Source of the DNA: Dimorphilus gyrociliatus
Lineage: Eukaryota > Animalia > Annelida
Length of the DNA: 64,000 nucleotides
Assembly (NCBI GenBank): GCA_904063045.1
Contig: CAJFCJ010000019.1
Span: forward strand, 2,309,700-2,373,699
Reading direction: 5' to 3'
Shown: one piece after another, positions 59,791-64,000 of the stretch
Numbering within the stretch: the stretch's first letter is position 1
How the letters are laid out: every line of letters starts with the position of its first letter
Translations under genes and position numbers: made by a program
Notes under the pieces: model-generated
The model's input: the letters and a program-made list of their open reading frames with translations, nothing else
Databases searched by the model: none
What the model was told of the DNA's origin: nothing

Positions 59791-61831
59791 CTAATTAACC
59801 AAGTACTTTTCTAAGTGCGCAACATATCTTACATGCTTTCTAAAATTCTATCTATGATAGTAATTACTATCTGTAATACATAGGCCTGAGGATATAAAGT
59901 CAAATAATAACTTCCCCAATTGCGTATACTTAATTCCTGGTAGAAATCAATTTTCATCCTTCAAACAGACGAAACAAGAATTAAAGGAAGAAATTTCCAT
60001 ACGAAAACATATCCTCCGGTTAATGAACTCGGCTATAAAAGTTGAATGTACTCTACGTGGACCTCGTAGATCAATTTTATTAAATAGTATAAAATAATCG
60101 TATTTACCAATTTTTCAAAACTTAAGTCCTGGCCTGTTTGCACGTATATTTTTATTATTAATCTAAGATTTTAACTGCGTTTCATATTGGCTCTTAAGCT
60201 TTGCAGTAGAATCAAGGGATAGAAAATTTTTGATATTAAGTTATCTCCATAGTTACGGTAAAACAAGATTTCTCTCTTTAAAAGCGCTAATCCTTAGAAA
60301 ACTCTCTAATACATACAAGCTTTAAATTACTATCTATCTCTAAAGTGGGTGAAATATCTTAATAAGTTATTTAATTAAGGCCTACTGACAGTCCTTTGTA
60401 AATAAACAATTGTTGTAATTTCGAAGAGGAAGGAAAACTACAATGCTCCGTAGGATGAGTTTGCAAATGGCGTCGCAGTTTCTTACTTCAGCAACCATGA
60501 TAAATAATACATTTCTTGATAGACAATTCTACTTCTGAAGTTGAATATTTTACGTCATGTTTCAAGGACGGTCATTATAAACACGTTTACGTTATTAAAT
60601 GTTGTATTTTATATTGAATCGTGTGATTTAAAGCATATAGACATCAAACTTGATAAACTATTCCAAATAGTGTCATTGCTGTGAAAGTAACTTGAACTCT
60701 TATTACAAATGAGGTAAGATGAGCATCATTTCGCCCTAGTCTTTTAATTCGCTTCATATATGAATTCTATTGCATATTGTTAGACTAGAGAAGAGAAACA
60801 CATAATCGTATTCACTTGAAAACCAATATTTTTCTTCCAAACCAATTAGTTTTGAAAACTTTTTCATTGATTATAACAATATGATATAGCTCTAGGCCTA
60901 ACATTTTAGTACGTAATCAGTGATTTATTTATTTTTTAATGTAATAGCTACGCTCGATAGTAATTTTACGGGTAAACCTGTAAAACTGAATATTAAACGA
61001 TGTACTGTTTATTTTGTTTAGTGGCGACACCCAGTTGTTTGCACCTAGACTGTTATATCGTGGCTATCAGGCAAAGAAAGCGGTTGGTTTGAAAATAGAG
61101 CTTTTTCTAATAGTAAACGCTTGTAATCCAATTTCTGTTTAAAGGTTAGATGATTTTTTAAAATTTATCAATTATATTTCTTTCATATTTACTCATAGTA
61201 TTTTAGTATAATAATAAATTAATGGAATGTTTTACCGTTTTAAAATACTTTTTCCCGGTCTTTTTTCTCCTCGTTTGACCATATTTGTAAATTTAGAAAA
61301 GGAGAGAGAGAGAGTAAGAGATGCATGTATGTATGCGGATGTCTGCGTTTATGTTTGTATGTGAGGAATTGAGATACTGAGATAGGGACGAAAAATGAAC
61401 CTTTCTACCTCTCTTCAACCTTCTTGATCAGTCTTCTTTTATTTTATCCAGAATAGCTATTATGAGAAATAATATTTGCTTATTTTGCTTGTGAAAGTTG
61501 TAATTAAATTTAAATTTTATCTTTGCAGCTATAAATAGAAACTATTTTGCAGATAAAAACTTTCTCAAGTATTTTTTGATCTATACCTACTCATTATTTT
61601 ACAAAACAAAAGCCGAAATCGATCGTCTAAATCCCAGCTTTCATCAAAGGTTCATATTCCATAAAGATTTTCAATAATATTTAATTTTTTATAAAATCTT
61701 CCCCTTTTTTATATAAATTATACATTATATAAAATAAATCACTGAGTCGCTATTATCAAAATTATCTTTTGTATCTTATCATGTTCATCATTAATGACGT
61801 CTGTGCAAATATCTTTTTTTCAGTCTTGAAA

Positions 61832-63924
61832 ATGTCGATGGAAGGTAACGGAACGGTACCCTTTGGGAGGTCTAGTAGCGAAGAAGAGATATGTCCGAAA
61901 GTGAAAGTATCGAGAAAAGTTTTAAATCAGCCAAACTTTGAAGCTCGCTTCTATTCTGGTGACAGATATTCAAAAACAGTTAAAGAAAGATTTGGCGAAG
62001 TAAAGCAAAAATGTACTGTTTCTACATCTTGCATGAAGAGTGTACTCTTCAAAATCTTTCCGTTTATCGGCATAATGGGTAATTACAAGGTCAAAGAAGA
62101 TTTACTTGGAGACCTTGTTAGCGGGTTTACTGTTGGTATTATGCATATTCCTCAAGGTAAGGAATTATTTTATGACACTCGTAAACTGAACTTGTCTTGG
62201 CTCTGAAAGATATATTTTTTTCTGACTACTATTAAGTACAAAACGCGTAATTGGTAATTTATTTAAAAGATACATAAATATGCTATTTGTATATACGATC
62301 TAGTCACTATAACATAATATAAAAAGTATACACATGTCTATATATAGACATAAATTTTTAGAAGTAGTATTTAAGACAATAGACTTTTTTCCCTCTCCTA
62401 GTAATACTTTTCTTATTCACTCTTGTTATTTTGTCCTTTTTTATGCGCATTTGTTCCTAAAAAACGTAGACACACTATGCTATTATTTCTTTATATATTA
62501 AAAAAAAAAAAAGAGAGAGAGAGAGAGAGACATGCAGCAGAGTAAAAAAAAATTAAACTAAAAAAACAAATCATTAAAGAGGAAAGATTGAAAACTTTCT
62601 TCTATTGTTTTTTTTTTATTAAAATGAAAGCGTCTCCATTTGATTTATGTTTCTAATAGAAATATATAAATTTAGTAGTAGATTATACTAAGGAAAAATA
62701 TTTGAGACTTTTTTTATATGCTTTTAGCCTATTGTATATAACGTTATGATTAAGCAATTTAAAATAACGTATACATAAATATAAATATATTTTTTAAATA
62801 ATCTTATCTTAAAGTATCGTTTGTATAGTTCAAGTTTAAAGACTTAACTACAAAAGCTAATATGACAAGCATCGTTATAGCCTAATAGAGCAAAAATTTC
62901 AGTGTACAAACTTATAAAGTTGGGTGTGGCATGTTTTGCTAGTCTTAATTGGGCGTCGCCTTTTCAAAGAGGAAGAATTGTATATAAATTTCCTCTACAA
63001 TATTTTGATTTCCCCCATTGATTGATTTATCCTAAATTATAAACTTTACTCTAAATAAGAAACTTAACGTATATGTTATTTTTAATATAAATTAAAGAGA
63101 TAGAAACATTAATGTTATAATTATAATATAAAAATGGTGTTTTAAGAATATCTACTCACTCAATTAACCAACTTTATCATATTTTGATGGAAGTATAATT
63201 GACGATTTAATAGATTTTTTTCAATTTACATGTATACATATACATTTATTTAGTAATATAAAGAGTATATATATATATATATATATATATATTCTCATTC
63301 CCTTACAACTTAGACATAAAACGATTAAAAAGTAGTATTTTATTTCAATACAATTAATGAAATATATTGATATGTAATATTCTTATGGTATAATTATCTC
63401 AGTCTTTCTTTTCCTAAATTACTATTTGTACATTTTATATTAAAAAACATGAAAATATTGGCAAAAGCATATCAATTCTTTTTCTTTTATATAATATAAC
63501 ACAGGAATGGCATATGGCCTTCTAACAGGTCTATCTCCAGTTTACGGCCTATACGTGTCTTTCTTTCCTGTGTTTTTCTATTTTTTTTTTGGAAGCTCTA
63601 AGCATGTATCCATTGGTAAGTCTAAGAGGAATTGTAATAGCTCCACTTCCGTGTATTATCTCTCTTTACTTTATTATTCTTTATTTCCCTCAATTTTCCC
63701 TTTATTACAAAATTTACTTTTTCTTTTTTTGCTCCTCTAATTTTACTTTTTTTTCTTTTTTTTCATTTCACTGACTTTTCTTTTCCTATTCTCTAAAAAT
63801 TCTTAACATTTAGGCATGGCTTATTCAACTCTTGCTGGACTTTCTCCTGTTTATGGTTTATACGTGTCCTTCTTTCCTGTTATCCTTTACTTTTTCTTTG
63901 GAACATCAAAGCATGTTTCACTTG
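61832..63924 (+). CDS. SLC26/SulP anion transporter (prestin-like), 5' part only, with tandem duplicated second coding exon
   Basis: Exon 61832-62156 ends [19 protein letters not shown](G). Exons 63505-63615 and 63814-63924 each encode the [18 protein letters not shown]...Y.FFG.SKHVS.G signature. The gene continues beyond the window. Confidence 0.92.
63267..63290. repeat. (TA)n microsatellite in SLC26 intron
   Basis: About 12 TA repeats. Confidence 0.75.
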
Positions 63925-64000
63925 GTTTGTTGTACTTAGCTAATGCTTTGCCTGATTCTACCTTTTGATTATTATTTTTTTTTGCATTCATTCAATTTTA

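Noticed and set aside
1292-63774. Numerous 60-130 aa ORFs antisense to or overlapping the identified genes (e.g. 2080-2295, 18441-18626, 35527-35802, 46266-46583, 56100-56405)
   Set aside because: Shadow frames of real coding exons or AT-rich non-coding sequence, with no splice or homology support.
1-64000. CRISPR arrays, rRNA, tRNA and transposons
   Set aside because: No spaced direct-repeat array, RNA-gene signature, terminal inverted repeats, or transposase/RT ORF seen by eye. A covariance-model or repeat-library scan was not possible.

Overview
This is a 64 kb window of an AT-rich, very gene-dense animal genome, not a prokaryote. Most introns are about 50-70 bp, and a miniaturised spiralian such as a meiofaunal annelid is a plausible source (inference only). 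About 28 protein-coding genes can be built from splice sites and protein similarity. They are IFT25, a divergent G-protein gamma subunit, TTC30/IFT70, a short Borealin, SMG5, WASH1, HIP1/HIP1R, beta-hexosaminidase, PIGX, CLUAP1/IFT38, DNA polymerase iota, an NMDA receptor GluN2-type subunit, APC16, GADD45GIP1, CENP-H-like, RBM22, an intronless RING protein, PDCL, CYB5R4, a Sec23-zinc-finger/VWA protein, PPP1R32/SAXO4, SLC35A4, SKP1, the 5' part of an SLC26 transporter and three orphans. A 750-N assembly gap hides the CYB5R4 start. No CRISPR array, rRNA, tRNA or recognisable transposon was seen. The most striking signals are exon-duplication systems. The single hexosaminidase gene has one shared N-terminal/catalytic half and two complete alternative 4-exon C-terminal modules, each with its own stop and poly(A) signal, and they differ at positions that distinguish vertebrate HEXA from HEXB. 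The SLC26 gene has a tandem pair of 111-nt, probably mutually exclusive exons separated by a 171-nt AG-free zone. HIP1 also has a U12-type intron and two frame-preserving candidate micro/mini-exons, and CLUAP1 has a 378-nt basic cassette exon. All gene identities come from recalled family motifs and manual alignment; no database search was run.
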